64,000 bases of DNA from Octopus sinensis (lineage: Eukaryota): positions 19,158,001 to 19,222,000 of the forward strand of contig NC_043021.1 in assembly GCF_006345805.1 (NCBI RefSeq). The letters run 5' to 3'. Below the pieces are notes generated by a model. It was given only the letters and a program-made list of their open reading frames with translations, did not search any database and was not told the DNA's origin. This document shows positions 47,313 to 60,499 of this stretch, in pieces (position 1 is the stretch's first letter; each line of letters opens with the position of its first letter). The translations under genes were made by a program, and so were the position numbers.

Positions 47313-47946
47313 ATTATTATTATTATTATTATTATTATTATCGGCAGTGAACTGGCAGAATCATTAGAGTACTGGCCAAAATTTTTAGCGGTATTTCATC
47401 TGTCTTTACATTCTGAGTTCAAACAATGATGAGATCAACTTTATCTTTCATCTTTTTCAGGGTTGACTAGATAAATACCAGTTGAGCACTGGGGTTGATG
47501 TAATCAACCACTACCTTGCCTAGCAAAATTTCAGGCCTTGTACTTACAAGAGAAAGAAACATTTTTATTGACAGAATCAGTAGCACACCAAACAATATAC
47601 ATCGTGCCATTTTTGTTCATTGTTACATTCAGAGTTGCACCGAGGTTGACTTTGCCTTCATCCTTTTGGAGGTCAATAAATTAAGTACCAGTCATGTACT
47701 GGGATTGAAGTAATTGACTAGACGCCCCCGCCACATAATTTCAAGCTTTGTATTTATAACAGAAAGGATTATTATTATGATTATTGTTATTGGGTTAATG
47801 AGTTGAGTCATTAAGTTCAGTGCTCTAGAATTTAATGACTTGCAATAATGAGTTAATTAATATTTTTTTTTGCTGAATTCAAATCCTGTTGAATGTCTGC
47901 TTTTGTTTTACATCCTTCTGGAAGTTTCTATTGTTCCACTGCCCAC

Positions 47947-48211
47947 ATGATGACGACGATGATGATGTTGATGATGATAGTGATGATGATGATGATGATG
48001 ATAGTGATGATGATGATGATGGTGATAATGGTGACGATGATGATGATGATGTTGATGGTGATAGTGATGATGATGATGGTGGCGATGATGATAGTGATGA
48101 TGATGATGGTGGCGATGATGATGATGGCGGTGGTGATGATGATGATGATGGTGGTGGTGATGATGATGATGGTGGTGATGATGACGACGATGATGGTGGT
48201 GATGATGATTC
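47947..48211. repeat. (GAT)n/(GGT)n compound trinucleotide repeat
   Basis: Direct reading; source of poly-D/poly-S/poly-M ORFs. Confidence 0.92.
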
Positions 48212-48873
48212 CTGATTTAGGAACAAGGCCAGGAAGTTTGAGTGGAGGGTGTTAAGTGATGCTCTCAGTCACAGAACTTTTGTTTTATCAAAACCACCCC
48301 ATCTCACTTGGCGAGATTAAAGGCAAACTTCGCCTTGGTGATATTTGGAAAAAAAACCCAGAAATCTCAGATAATAGCATAATAAATAAGGGTAAAATAT
48401 TTTTCTGTCCCAGTGTTTATGCCACCTTAATTTTGAGGGTATTTTATTTTTGCATTGAGGTGCCCAAGATGTAGGAGGCTGTATGAGTAAGAAGCTTGCT
48501 CACCAACCACATGGTCCTGGGTTCAGTCCTGTTGTGTGGCACCTTGAGCAAGTGTCTTCTACTATAGCTTCAGGCTGACTAAAGCCTTGTCAGTGGATTT
48601 GGTAGATGGAAAGTGAAAGACCATGGCACTTACACACACGTGTGTGCATGTGCACAGCTGTTTATCTTTGTCCCCTAGACAGCTTCACAAGGGTGTTGGT
48701 TTTGTTATGTCCCCATAACTTAGTGGTTCAACAAAAAGAAACTAATAGACTAAATATCATACTTAAAAATAAGTCCTGGGGTCAAGCTGTTTGACCAAAC
48801 TCCTCAAGACTCTGCTCCAGCATGGCTACAGTCCAATGAGTGAAACAAAAGACCTCACTCAGTTAGACATTGG

Positions 48874-49487
48874 CAGTCTATCCTAGTTAGCCAAGTCTAT
48901 CCTAGTTAGCCAAGTCTATCCTAGTTAACCAAGTCTATCCTAGTTAGCCAGGTCTGTCCTAGTTAGCCAAGTCTATCCTAGTTAGCCAAGCCTATCCTAG
49001 TTAGCCAGGTCTGTTTTAGTTAACCAAGTCTATCCTAGTTAACCAAGTCTATCCTAGTTAGCCAGGTCTGTCCTAGTTAGCCAAGTCTATCCTAGTTAGC
49101 CAAGCCTATCCTAGTTAGCCAGGTCTGTTTTAGTTAGCCAAGTCTATCCTAGTTAGCCAGGTCTGTCCTAGTTAGCCAAGTCTATCCTAGTTAGCCAAGT
49201 CTATCCTAGTTAGCCAGGTCTGTCCTAGTTAGCCAAGTCTGTCCTAGTTAGCCAAGTCTATCCTAGTTAGCCAAATCTATCCTAGTTAGCCAGGTCTGTC
49301 CTAGTTAGCCAAGTCTATCCTAGTTAGCCAAGTCTATCCTAGTTAGCCAAGTCTATCCTAGTTAGCCAAGTCTATCCTAGTTAACCAAGTCTATCCTAGT
49401 TAGCCAGGTCTGTCCTAGTTAGCCAAGTCTATCCTAGTTAGCCAAGTCTATCCTAGTTAGCCAGGTCTGTCCTAGTTAGCCAGGTCT
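48874..49487. repeat. 19-bp minisatellite, about 32 units (aagtctatcctagttagcc)
   Basis: Direct reading of unit variants. Confidence 0.92.
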
Positions 49488-50117
49488 TGTTTGAAATTAG
49501 ATCACAACCAGCCAGAACACGCAACACTTCAAAGCAACTTTCAACAATCCTCTACTGTGGATGTGGAGGCAAGTGGCTTAATGGTTAGAGTATTGAACTC
49601 ATGATCGTAAGATTGTGGTTTCAATTCCTGGATCATTGTGCTTTTAAGCAAAACACATCATTTCAAATTGCTCCAGTCCACTCAGCTGGCAAAAATGAGG
49701 AACCCTGTGAAAGACCAGCGTCCCATCCAGGGGGTGAATATATACACCAAGAAACCAGGAAATGGGCCCTCACGAGTCTATATGACCTGGAAAAGAACTT
49801 TACTTTTTATTTTATTACTCTGGACTGGCAGTTTTATTTTATTGACCCTGAAGTAGACTTGGGTGTGATTTGAACACAGAAATGGAGGAAATATCACAAG
49901 ACATTAATATCTCATACTTGTAAAACTGCCACTTCATCACCTAATAATGGTTTCGGATTTTGGCACAAGGCCAGCAATATCAGGGGAGGGTGTTAAGTTG
50001 ATTACATCAACCCCAGTACACACCTGGTACTTATTTTTATTGACCCCCAAAAGGATGAAAGGCAAAGTCGTCAACCTTGGCTGAATTTAAACTAGGACTA
50101 TAAACACGGACAAAATA

Positions 50118-50706
50118 CCTATTTCTTTATTACCCACAAGGGGCTAAACACAGAGGGAGCAAACATAGGTATTAAGTCGATTACATCGACCCCCAGGGCA
50201 TAACTGGTACTTAATTTATCGACCCCGAAAGGATGAAAGGCAAAGTCGACCTCGGCAGAATTTGAACTCACAACGTAACGCAGACGAAATACCTATTTCT
50301 TTATTACCCACAAGGGGCTAAACACAGAGGGGACAAACAGGGACAGACATAGGTATTAAGTCGATTACATCGACCCCAGTGCGTAACTGGTACTTAATTT
50401 ATCGACCCCGAAAGGATGAAAGGCAAAGTCGACCTCGGCAGAATTTGAACTCACAACGTAACGCAGACGAAATACCTATTTCTTTATTACCCACAAGGGG
50501 CTAAACACAGAGGGGACAAACAGGGACAGACATAGGTATTAAGTCGATTACATCGACCCCAGTGCGTAACTGGTACTTAATTTATCGACCCCGAAAGGAT
50601 GAAAGGCAAAGTCGACCTCGGCAGAATTTGAACTCACAACGTAGCGGCATACGAAATACCGCTAAGTATTTCGTCCAGCAAGCTAATAATTCTGCCAGCT
50701 CACTGC
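50118..50706 (-). mobile_element. SINE family B concatemer with near-identical 183-bp units
   Basis: Units start at 50118, 50292, 50475. Confidence 0.88.
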
Positions 50707-51629
50707 TTTATTTGCCACATTGGTAATAGCAATAATCCTTTCTACTATAGGTACAAGGCCTGAAATATGGGGGGAGGGGGGCCAGTCAATTAGATCGACA
50801 CCAGTATGCAACTGGTACTTATTTTGTCAACCCCAAAAGGATGAAAAGCAAAGTCAACTTCGGTGGAATTTGAACTCAGAACGTGAAGACAGACAAAATA
50901 CTGCTAAGCATTTCGCCCCCGTTATGCTAACGATTTATGTTCTTTTTCATTTTTTTTTTTTTTTTTCACACTCAGGTATAGTCATGGGTGCAGCTAGGAT
51001 TTCAACCCTGGAAAAGTTGGCAATTATTAAAATGGATCCCTCGTTAGTTGCATCTAATTTTGGAAAAAGAAAAAAAAAAAAATGTAGAAGAAAGGTGAAA
51101 TAAACATCAGAGATGCTCTGCCCCACACAGAAGCTGCAGGAGTTACTCAGAGGTTTTGCACTCTCTTCTAAATCCACATGAGCTTTCATAATAAAATTCC
51201 TTACATTCTACACGAGTATCATCAGCCGGTATTTCAAAACCACAAGCGTTTCGACACTTAGCCTGTACGCTTCACCTGAGCGGGGCAGCGAGGACTGAAT
51301 TAATCTTCACCTATGGAAGGGTTCCGCTGGCTGTCTCTTATCAACCATAGCTACCTTTCTTTGTGCGTGGAGATAAAGTGTGTAGGGTGAGTATTTTTTT
51401 CTGAGCTTGTGTACAAACCATCCACCGTATGTACGAAAGTGAAATGGTACCCTCCAATTTTGACAGAGAGGTTTCATAATAAATAAATAAAATTCCTCAC
51501 ATTCTACTCGAGTATCATCAGCCGGTATTTCAGGGTCACAAGCGTTTCGACCCTTAGCCTGTACACTTTGCCTGAATGGGGCAGCAAGGGCTGAATTAAT
51601 CTTCATCAATTTTTGAGCCCATACATGTT

Positions 51630-51905
51630 CAGATTAGACGAAGGAAATGGAGATGGATCGGACATACACTGCGGAAAGAACCGTCAAATGTGACACGACA
51701 AGCACTTGACTGGAACCCACAGTGGGAAAAGGAAGCGAGGATGCCCGAAGCAGACATGGAAGCGGAGCATTTTGGACGAGCTCAGGACCACCGGCCTGAC
51801 ATAGGAAGCAGCAGCCAAGAAACACGCCAATGACCGCAAAAAGTGGAAAACAACTGTTGAGGCCCTATGCTCCACAAGGGGCAAAAAGGAATAAGACGAA
51901 GAAGA
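51630..51905 (+). mobile_element. RTE-clade LINE 3' end
   Basis: RRRKWRWIGHTLRK...TRQALDWNPQ...DRKKWK..VEALCS, (GAA)n tail, frameshifted. Confidence 0.8.
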
Positions 51906-52249
51906 ATTTTGACACATGAGGTTCCATAATTAAATTCCTCACGTTCTATATTAGTAAATAAAGCTTTGTTTTAAGGGACTCGTTGAATAGATTTAACCAT
52001 TATACAAATGATTTTCTTTGAAAAAAAAATTCAATATACAAGTCACAGGCAACCAATTGCCTACAAGACTTTCTGGATGGCATGGCTAATAAAAAAGTTA
52101 CCTCGAATTTTTACAGTACTATGGGCCACCTGTTGATGGACCATGTCTCATGTGGCCCGCTTCTCAAAAATCATTGCCCATGTCTGATACACAAGTTTAG
52201 ACAAAATCTCTGGCAGAAGCAATACATGCAAAGGAGCCTATTCAGACTG

Positions 52250-52251
52250 GT

Positions 52252-52305
<54 letters not shown>

Positions 52306-52535
52306 TGGGGAATTTATCACATTTTATTTTGGCTTGAAGATGAAATAAAAAGTCAAGAAAAAATACTCTCAAAAATTGCCAGCAGTAGTAGTAGTAGTAG
52401 CAGCAGTAGTAGTAGTTGCAGCAGTACCAGTACCAGTAGTAGTAGGAGGAGGAGAGGGGGAGTAGTTGCAGCAGCAGTTGTAGTAGTAGTAGTTGCAGCA
52501 GTACCAGTACCAGTAGTAGTAGTAGTAGTAGTATG
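52250..52535. repeat. (TAG)n/(CAG)n compound repeats
   Basis: Direct reading. Confidence 0.9.
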
Positions 52536-53329
52536 CAAAGGAAGTGAGCAATGACAGAACAAACCAATGAGGGAAGCCTCTAAATGATTGATGAGTCTGC
52601 TAGAAATAGCAGCAGTCAAATTTCCCTCAAACTACACTAGGAACTATATGGAAAAAGAAAAAAAAAAAAGAAATAAAATGGACGCACTGGACAATGTAAG
52701 TCACAAGATCCATCTACAATGTGTAAAAAAATAAGAGACAGGATGGTCACGTTTGTGGAATGCCTTTGATTGAAAGGTCTGCTGGATTAGGACTGACCTA
52801 CCTGGGGTTTAAACAACAACAACAACAAAAATAATGACGACAATAGCAGCGACAGGTAATACCATGAGACTTTGTCGGGAAGGGGGGATGTTGGAAAAGA
52901 AAGGGGCTGTTGCGAGAGGAGGGGGAGTTGTGGTCAGAAGAAGGGGCTAAGGAGTTTGAGGACAGTTCCTTATAAGGAATATGATTTATACATTTTGACT
53001 CAGGAGCAATGGTATAAGCTGCTTCAAAGAATGTTATCAGGTTAATCCTTTTTTTCAGAGCATGTTTTGCATAGGTGTTTTTAATTAATTTCAGAAAATA
53101 ATCAAGAATCTGGAGGGATTTAGCGAAAGAACATCATCGATGTTTGGAACTTAACTAAAGGAAGTTTTACATTTAACAAAAAAAAAAAAAAAAAAAAAAA
53201 CTTAGATGAAAGGTCTTAATTGAAATAAAAACAATTGAAAATGAGAAATTTTGTTGTCATGGAACCAGAATTAGTCCCAGACAGGTTGAAAGACTTCTGA
53301 AACATTTAAGTGTGAAATTAAATTTTATG

Positions 53330-54000
53330 GCAGCGTGGAAGGTGTTTATAAACCATTTAAGAAACACAAAAACTGTTAGATTCACTGGATCTTTTCGGTT
53401 TGAACGGCAGTTTTTTCTAGCGGTGTCATATGAAATTGTCACCCATAATTATGACCCTAGAATTGATCTATTGCATTTCAATCTCTTTTAGGGTTAGGGT
53501 TAGGGTGAGGGGTGGAAGAAGGGTATCTTTTTTTCTTCACAAATGTAAATAAACCCAATGTTTCTTAAACGAGGGACATATTCATACGGCACAGAATACT
53601 TTTTAACTCAATAGACGTCACTGATTGGTTGAAATTGCAGAAATTGAAGAAAAAAAAAACAACAAATATCTTACAAACTATAGAATTTTCTCAATAAAGC
53701 CAAGAGAAAAAGATGTTTTGTAAACACATTCTACCAGTATATGAAGTTTAAAATTTTTTTAGGTACCTAGAAATTATGTTAAAAACTGCTGTTGAAACCG
53801 AAAAGATCCGATTCACTTCAACATTTAAATTTAATTTGTCAAAATATTTTCGTCGCTTTGAGAGCACAGAATTTTGTCAGTGAACAGGTCACGGTCTCAA
53901 AGCGACGAAAATATTTTGACAAATGAAATTTAAATGTTGAAGTGAATCTAACGGGTTTTTGTGTGTTTCTTAAATGGCTTATAAACACCTTCCACGCTGC
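53330..54000. mobile_element. Foldback element with arms of about 110 bp; left arm interrupted by the hAT MITE
   Basis: gcagcgtggaaggtgtttataa...cgtcgctttgaga pairs with tctcaaagcgacg...ttataaacaccttccacgctgc. Confidence 0.75.
53387..53809. mobile_element. hAT-like MITE with a perfect 8-bp TSD, opposite orientation to the 7479 copy
   Basis: gattcact|ggatcttttc...gaaaagatcc|gattcact. Confidence 0.85.
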
Positions 54001-56534
54001 AATTGTTTTCATTCCAGCATACGATCTCAGATCAGGTCACTTGCTATGCAAGTACATCTCCATAAATTGTATGGTTAATTCAGTAATTATTTTAAATATC
54101 TACCAAAAAATATAGAATTGGTATTTTCTGCAAGTTATGCTGCCTCAATAAATTTGATATATCTCAAAAAGAAATAGTTTTAAACATTACATTTCCCAAC
54201 AAAAGATACACTGGTATATAAAACTGCTTTCTGCAGTAAATGGTAATGAAATTTTGATTGGTTATATCTGATTTCTGCATTTAAAAGGATTAACCAATGA
54301 TAGCATAGCAATAATGATGAGGGTGATTACACTAACGAAGTTGATTATGACATTGATGACAATCCTTATTCTCTTAATCTTGTAATTAACTAATTCTAAC
54401 CATGAAGGCGCTTGGCTCAGTGGTTACGACGTCGGGCTCACAATCATGAAGTAGTGAGTTCGATTCCCAGACTGGGCTGTATGTGGCGCTATTGAGCAAG
54501 ACACATTATTTCCTGTCGTTCCAGTTCATTCAACTGTAGAAATAAGTTGTGACATCACTGGAGCCAAGGTGTATCGACCTCTGTCTCACCTTTGGATAAC
54601 ATCAGTGGCGCAATGAGGGGAAGCTGGTATACATGGGCAACTGTTGGTGTCTTCCACGAACAACCTTACCAGGACTTGTGCCTTGGAGGGGAACTTTCTA
54701 GGAGCAATCCCATGGTCATTCATGACCAAAGGGTGTCTTTACCTAATCTAGATTTTTGACCGGGAAATTAAACTTTGTCGTTTTGGGATTTGGTTTGCAA
54801 GATTCTTTATGTGAGTTTGTGTATTGAAGCATATTCTGCTGTGTCTGGGGAGAGTCATTCTCTTTTTGTGCCTTATAATTTAACACACTCACCGGTAAAA
54901 TTTCCACTTATTTCTTTTTTATTTTTCTAAAATTTTCGTTGCATCTTGCAACCTTTTCAATAGTCGTTGACTATTTTACCGGTGAGGGTGTTAAATTATA
55001 AAGCACCAAAAGAGAATGACTCTCCCCAGACGCAACAGATTAAATTTTATGGTTATTCCAGTAATGATGTCAAATATCTATCAAAAAAATATAGAAATAG
55101 TATTTTCTGCAAGTCATGTTACTTCGATAAACTTGACATATCTCAACAGAAAATAGTTTCAAACATGAGATTCCTCAACAAAAGACAGATTGAGATATAA
55201 AACTGCTTTCGAGTGGACATATCTGATTTCCACCATAAAATGATTAAGCAGCCTGGGTTGTTGTGAAGCTTTCTAATCCAGTTAACTCTCCAGTTGGGGT
55301 AACCAGCAACTTTGACCAAACAGAAGCTCCATGATAAATGGAAGTAGACCAGCAGATATTTTTAACATTTCGGTGATTGATTCCAACTTATCGGATCAAT
55401 GGCAATAACTAGAATCTAAAAAAAAAAAAAAAAATAGACAGGCGCTGGAGTGGCTGTGTGGTAAGTAGCTTGCTTACCAACCACATGGTTCCAGGTTCGG
55501 TCCCACTGCATGACACCTTGGGCAAGTGTCTTCTACTATAGCCTCGGGTCGACCAAAGCCTTGTGAGTGGATTTGGTAGACGGAAACTGAAAGAAGCCCG
55601 TCGTATATATGTATACATATATATGTGCGTGTGTGTGTGTGTGTCTGTGTTTGTCCCGCCAACATCGCTTGACAACCGATGCTGGTGTGTTTACGTCCCC
55701 GTCACTTAGCGATTCGGCAATAGAGACCGATACAATAAATACTAGGCTTACAATGAATAAGTCCCGGGGGTCGATTTGCTTGACTAAAGGCGGTGCTCCA
55801 GCATGGCCGCAGTCAAATGACTGAAACAAGTAAAAGAGTAAATTAATTGTTTGAAAGCCTGAAATATTCTAAATGTCACTACCTTATCAGAGACGAAAGT
55901 TGTGCTGTCTTTAAAGAGGATGAAGCTAAAATATTACATATTTACCATTACGGGTAATTCTAGAAAATTTCAAAAATTTTCTCTTTCAGAAAATTTAGAA
56001 TTTTCTAGAATCACTTTCCTATGTATGTCATCAAATCTTATTTTCTTTACTCATTGTTACACAAAAGACTAATGAAGTAAGAAGTTTTATAATTAAAAAT
56101 TTAGGTTTTGATTAGTGCAGCTTATATTCATGCAACTGAGTGTGTGCGCATGCGTGTGTGTGTGTGTGTGTGTATATTGTGAGGGCACGTGGCCTAGTGG
56201 TTAGGGTGTTGTACTCATGATCAGGAGCTCGTGGTTTCAATTCCTTGAGCAAAACACCTCATCTCACATTGCTCTGCAATCACTTCGACACCTGATGCAT
56301 GGTACACAGTGACACCTGTTCAGACAACGTCGATTTGATGGAGGGACAGGTGAGCTAGTGTGTGGCATGAACACTTGATCACTGCAAACAAATCTTTTGT
56401 GCAAGCCGAACGCTCATATGTTGTCTTTGACAGGAGAGTCAATCATATATATATATATATACGAGGGAATATTATTCCAAACTTACAGGGAAAAATTCAA
56501 TTTAGAAATACTAAATCAAATTTCACCAAATATA

Positions 56535-56587
<53 letters not shown>

Positions 56588-57047
56588 TAGAAATAATTTG
56601 ATTTTTCATTATTGAATTGATAAAAGGTGGGTTTTTTTTCTAATTTATATATATATATATATATATATAGATATATATATATACACACACACACATACTA
56701 ACAGTTTCCTAATTCCAGTTTATAAATGTGTGAGCAGTTGCAATAATTTAATTTTAAAGTTTTGAAAGAAAATTGTTCACAGTTAATTTACAGTATTTGA
56801 CAAAACAAAATATTGCACAGGGTTTCTGGTTTCTGTTCTGGGGTTGGTTTTTTTTTTGTTTGTTTGTTTTTTTGTTTTTGTTTTTTAGATTAAAAAAATA
56901 AATACAATTAAAAAAAAAAACAGAGACACCTTCGCAGATATTTGTGGAAATAGAGTTTAGAAAGCATGAAGAGTTGATGTAGAGAAATCAGCAAATATTC
57001 GACTGGATGTTTAAATGAAAATAATGATGACTCAACAGAAGACGAAT

Positions 57048-58070
57048 TTAAGGAATAGAATGGTTTTTGCGTTCACAGCACTGGGTCGGAAGGACATCCC
57101 AATTGTAGATGTACGATGGCCTCTTTTTAATCTGTCGTCGACACAAATGTCCTGTTTTTAGAAGATGATCGTGCTTGTCTTGGATATCCTGCATGGACTG
57201 TTTGTGGGTAATTAGATAAATATTATTGCAGCCACGTGATATGAACTCGGTATCGAATCGAGGATCGTGGACGCGGTTTATAGACAACGGTGCCAACCAC
57301 ACGCCGACCGAAACGTCTTCGCTACGGAAGAGCTGCAGTAGATTTCTGTTGGTAGCAATGAAATGGATGAGATCTGATGACAGCACGTACCCACCGCCGA
57401 CTGCATATGGTAAATAACGATCACAAAGAACAAACTCCTTCTCCTGCCACTTGCCTTGCTTCTTTACATGGGCTCTTCCATCAAAGAAACCCCAATACAA
57501 ACGTCTCTTCCCTGAAGATCTTAGTTCTTTCTCTATGACGTCCAGTCTTACGTAAGTGTCTTGGTCAGTTTTGATCACATATTTGTAGTCGATATTGTTG
57601 TCGATCCATGTGAAACTATCCAGCACCTTCAATGTCAGATTCTTATAAGCGTCGACGACCTCCGGTAAAAGGATCAGGTCTTGTTTCAGCAGGTTCTCCT
57701 TGAGAAGGTTGTCCCTTGTTTCGTTGGTCAAGTTTCCCGTTCCGATTACAAAGCGAGCAAGAATATCATCAGGAACATTTTTGAGCCACGTCTCTCGAAT
57801 GAGGTTGCGGTACCTTCGGTCTTTTGGGCCCGACATGACGAGAACGATGAGGAAGCAAGACAGGGTCTGCTGGGTCACGGAATTGACATTTTTCCAGTAA
57901 GTTCTACTCTGAAGGTAGCGTATGTCCTGTCGCAGCTGATTGCCGACAGCATTGTCGCAGGTCCATGAACAGAGAGACAGGCAAAGCACCAAACAGAAGG
58001 TGACCACAATGCCACATATCAGCACGGTGGTTCCATGCCTGGCAGAGAATCTTCGCAGTTTCGATACCAT
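57048..58070 (-). CDS. B3GALT6: Beta-1,3-galactosyltransferase 6 (GT31 family, GAG linker synthesis), intronless CDS, 340 aa
   Basis: N-terminal TM anchor (VLICGIVVTFCLVLCLSL) plus GT31 motifs R..IRETW, NLTLKV, KTDQDTYV, LYWGFFDGRAHVKKQGKW, YLPYAVGGGYVLS, EDVSVGVWL, PRFDTEFISRGC. First ATG in frame is at 58070; the ORF track starts at a TTG upstream of a splice acceptor at 58143-58144. Confidence 0.95.
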   Translation of the reverse strand: MVSKLRRFSARHGTTVLICGIVVTFCLVLCLSLCSWTCDNAVGNQLRQDIRYLQSRTYWKNVNSVTQQTLSCFLIVLVMSGPKDRRYRNLIRETWLKNVPDDILARFVIGTGNLTNETRDNLLKENLLKQDLILLPEVVDAYKNLTLKVLDSFTWIDNNIDYKYVIKTDQDTYVRLDVIEKELRSSGKRRLYWGFFDGRAHVKKQGKWQEKEFVLCDRYLPYAVGGGYVLSSDLIHFIATNRNLLQLFRSEDVSVGVWLAPLSINRVHDPRFDTEFISRGCNNIYLITHKQSMQDIQDKHDHLLKTGHLCRRQIKKRPSYIYNWDVLPTQCCERKNHSIP

Positions 58071-59108
58071 TTGAAAGACTTTGGTGGTCGACAGATCAGC
58101 AGATGGAAGACAAATTAAATATTTACACCAAATCCATGTCACCTTCAAAAACAAAAGAAAGAAACAAACAGATTAACAAACATTTTAAAAAATGATATTA
58201 AGTTTTATTATCAGGAGTTTATTCTTTTACTTGTTTCAGTCATTTTACTGTGGCCATGCTGGAGCACCACCTTTAGTCGGGTAAATCGACCCCAGGACTC
58301 ATTCTTTGTAAGCCTAGTACTTCTTCTATCAGTCTCTTTTGCCGAACCACTAAGTTATGGGGACGTAAACACATCATCATCAGTTGTCAAGTGATGTTGG
58401 GGGGACAAACACAGACACACAAACACACACATACACATACATATATACATATGACAGGCTTCTTTCAGTTTCCATCTACCAAATCCACTCACAAGGCTTT
58501 GGTCGACCTGAGGCTATAGTAGAATTCACTTGCCCAAGGTGCCACACAGTGGGACTGAACCCAGAACCATGTGATTGGTAAGCAAGCTACTTACCACACA
58601 GCCACTCCTGGGCATATATATATATACTTATTTATTTATTCTTTTATTTGCTTGTCATTTGACTGCGGCCATGCTGGAGCACCGCCTTTAGTCGAACAAA
58701 TCATTATTCTATCGGTCGGTTTTGCTGAACCGCTAAGTTATGGGGATGTAAACACATCATCATCAGTTGTCAAGTGATGTCGGGGGGACAAACACAGATA
58801 CACAAATACACACCCATATATATATATATACGACGGGCTTCTTTCAGTTTCCGCCAACCAAATTCACTCACAAGGCTCTGATTGGCCTGAGGCTATAGTA
58901 AAAGACAGTTGCCAAAGGTGCCACGCAGTGTGACTGAACCCAGAACCATGTTGTTGGTAAGCAAGCTACTTACCACACAGCCATTCCTGCGCCAATAATA
59001 ATAATAATAATCCTTTCCACTATAGGCACAAGGCCTGAAATTTTGGGGGAGGGGGTTAGCCAACTGGTACTTATTTTATCGACTTCCAAAATATAGCAAA
59101 ATTGGCAA

Positions 59109-60450
59109 ACCTACACAAGTGTACCCCCCCCCCGACCACTGACTTTGTTTCCTCATAACTTTCAGAAAAAAATGGATATTTTTTTAAAGGAAATTTTCTA
59201 CAAATACACTTCAGACAGTGCAAATTCCGATTATATCAAAATTTATTGTGAAAATATTTTATCCGACGGGTAGACGGAGGAGCTTCGTATAATTCATACG
59301 TATCAACGTCCGTGTCGGTGACACATAAAAAGCACCAACTGATCATAGCTGTTTTCCTGCCTCCTCTGGCCCCTGTGCTGGTGGCATGTAAAAAGCACCC
59401 ACTACACTCACGGAGTGGTTGGCATTAGGAAGGGCATCAAGCTGTAGAAACTCTGCCAGATCAGACTGGAGCCTGGTGCAGACTCCTGGCTTCCCAGACC
59501 CTGGTTGAACCGTCCAACCCATGCTAGCATGGAAAACGGACGTTAAATGATGATGATGATGATTGGCTTTGTTTCCTCATAACTTATAGAAAAATGGACT
59601 TTTATAAAATGAAGTTTTCTCCAGATAAATACCTTTCAGATGGTGTACATTATGATTATATCAGAATTTAATGTGAAAAAAAAAATATTGGTGGGTGTGA
59701 ACATATACATACAGACACACACACGTCACAGTTTTTTTTCAAAATTTCAACTTTCTTTTCAAGTGATGCATGTCTATATGCATGTGTGCGCATCACCAAT
59801 TTTTTTCTTCTTCATATTAGATTCCATTATAATGATAATCTACATCGTCTAAAGATATTTACTCTTTTACTTGTTTCAGTCATGTGACTGTGGCCATACT
59901 GGAGCACTGCCTTTAGTTGAGTAAATCGACCCCAGGACTTATTCTTTTGTAAGCCCAGTACTTATTCTATCGGTCTCTATTGCCAAACCGCTAAGTGACG
60001 GGGACGTAAACACACCAGCATCAGTTGTCAAGCGATGTTGGGGGGGGGGACAAACACAGACACACAAACATATATATATACATATATACGACGGGCTTCT
60101 TTCAGTTTCCATCTACCAAATCCACTCACAAGGCTTTGGTTGGCCCGAGGCTATAGTAGAAGATACTTACCCAAGGTGCCACGCAGTGGGACTGAACCCG
60201 GAACCATGTGGTTGGTAAGCAAGCTACTTACCACACAGCCACTCCTACGCCTTTGTAGAAAATTTCATTAAAAAATATCCAAGACATGAATTATCCAAAA
60301 CTCCACCTTTTTTCTTTTTTTTACAATGAATTCCGATATAATCATAATCCATGTCATATGAAGCGTATTTGTTGAAAATTTCATTTAAAAATATTAATTT
60401 CTCTGAAAGCTACGAGGAAACAAATTTGGGCGGGGTACACTTGTGTAGGT
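59109..60450. mobile_element. DNA-transposon-like element with about 19-bp TIRs, interrupted by an RTE tail and a SINE
   Basis: acctacacaagtgtacccc ... ggggtacacttgtgtaggt; duplicated internal ctttgtttcctcataactt flanks the RTE insert. Confidence 0.55.
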
Positions 60451-60499
60451 ATACCCCGCAGAGTTGTCTTTATTAAGGAACAGGTTCTTACATTAGGAA

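Noticed and set aside
47879-48255. Poly-D, poly-S and poly-M ORFs as an acidic protein exon
   Set aside because: It is a trinucleotide microsatellite resembling RTE (GAT)n tails, with no convincing splice context.
58071-58154. 28-aa N-terminal extension of B3GALT6 in the ORF track
   Set aside because: It starts at a TTG lying in the intron upstream of the acceptor; the first in-frame ATG is at 58070.
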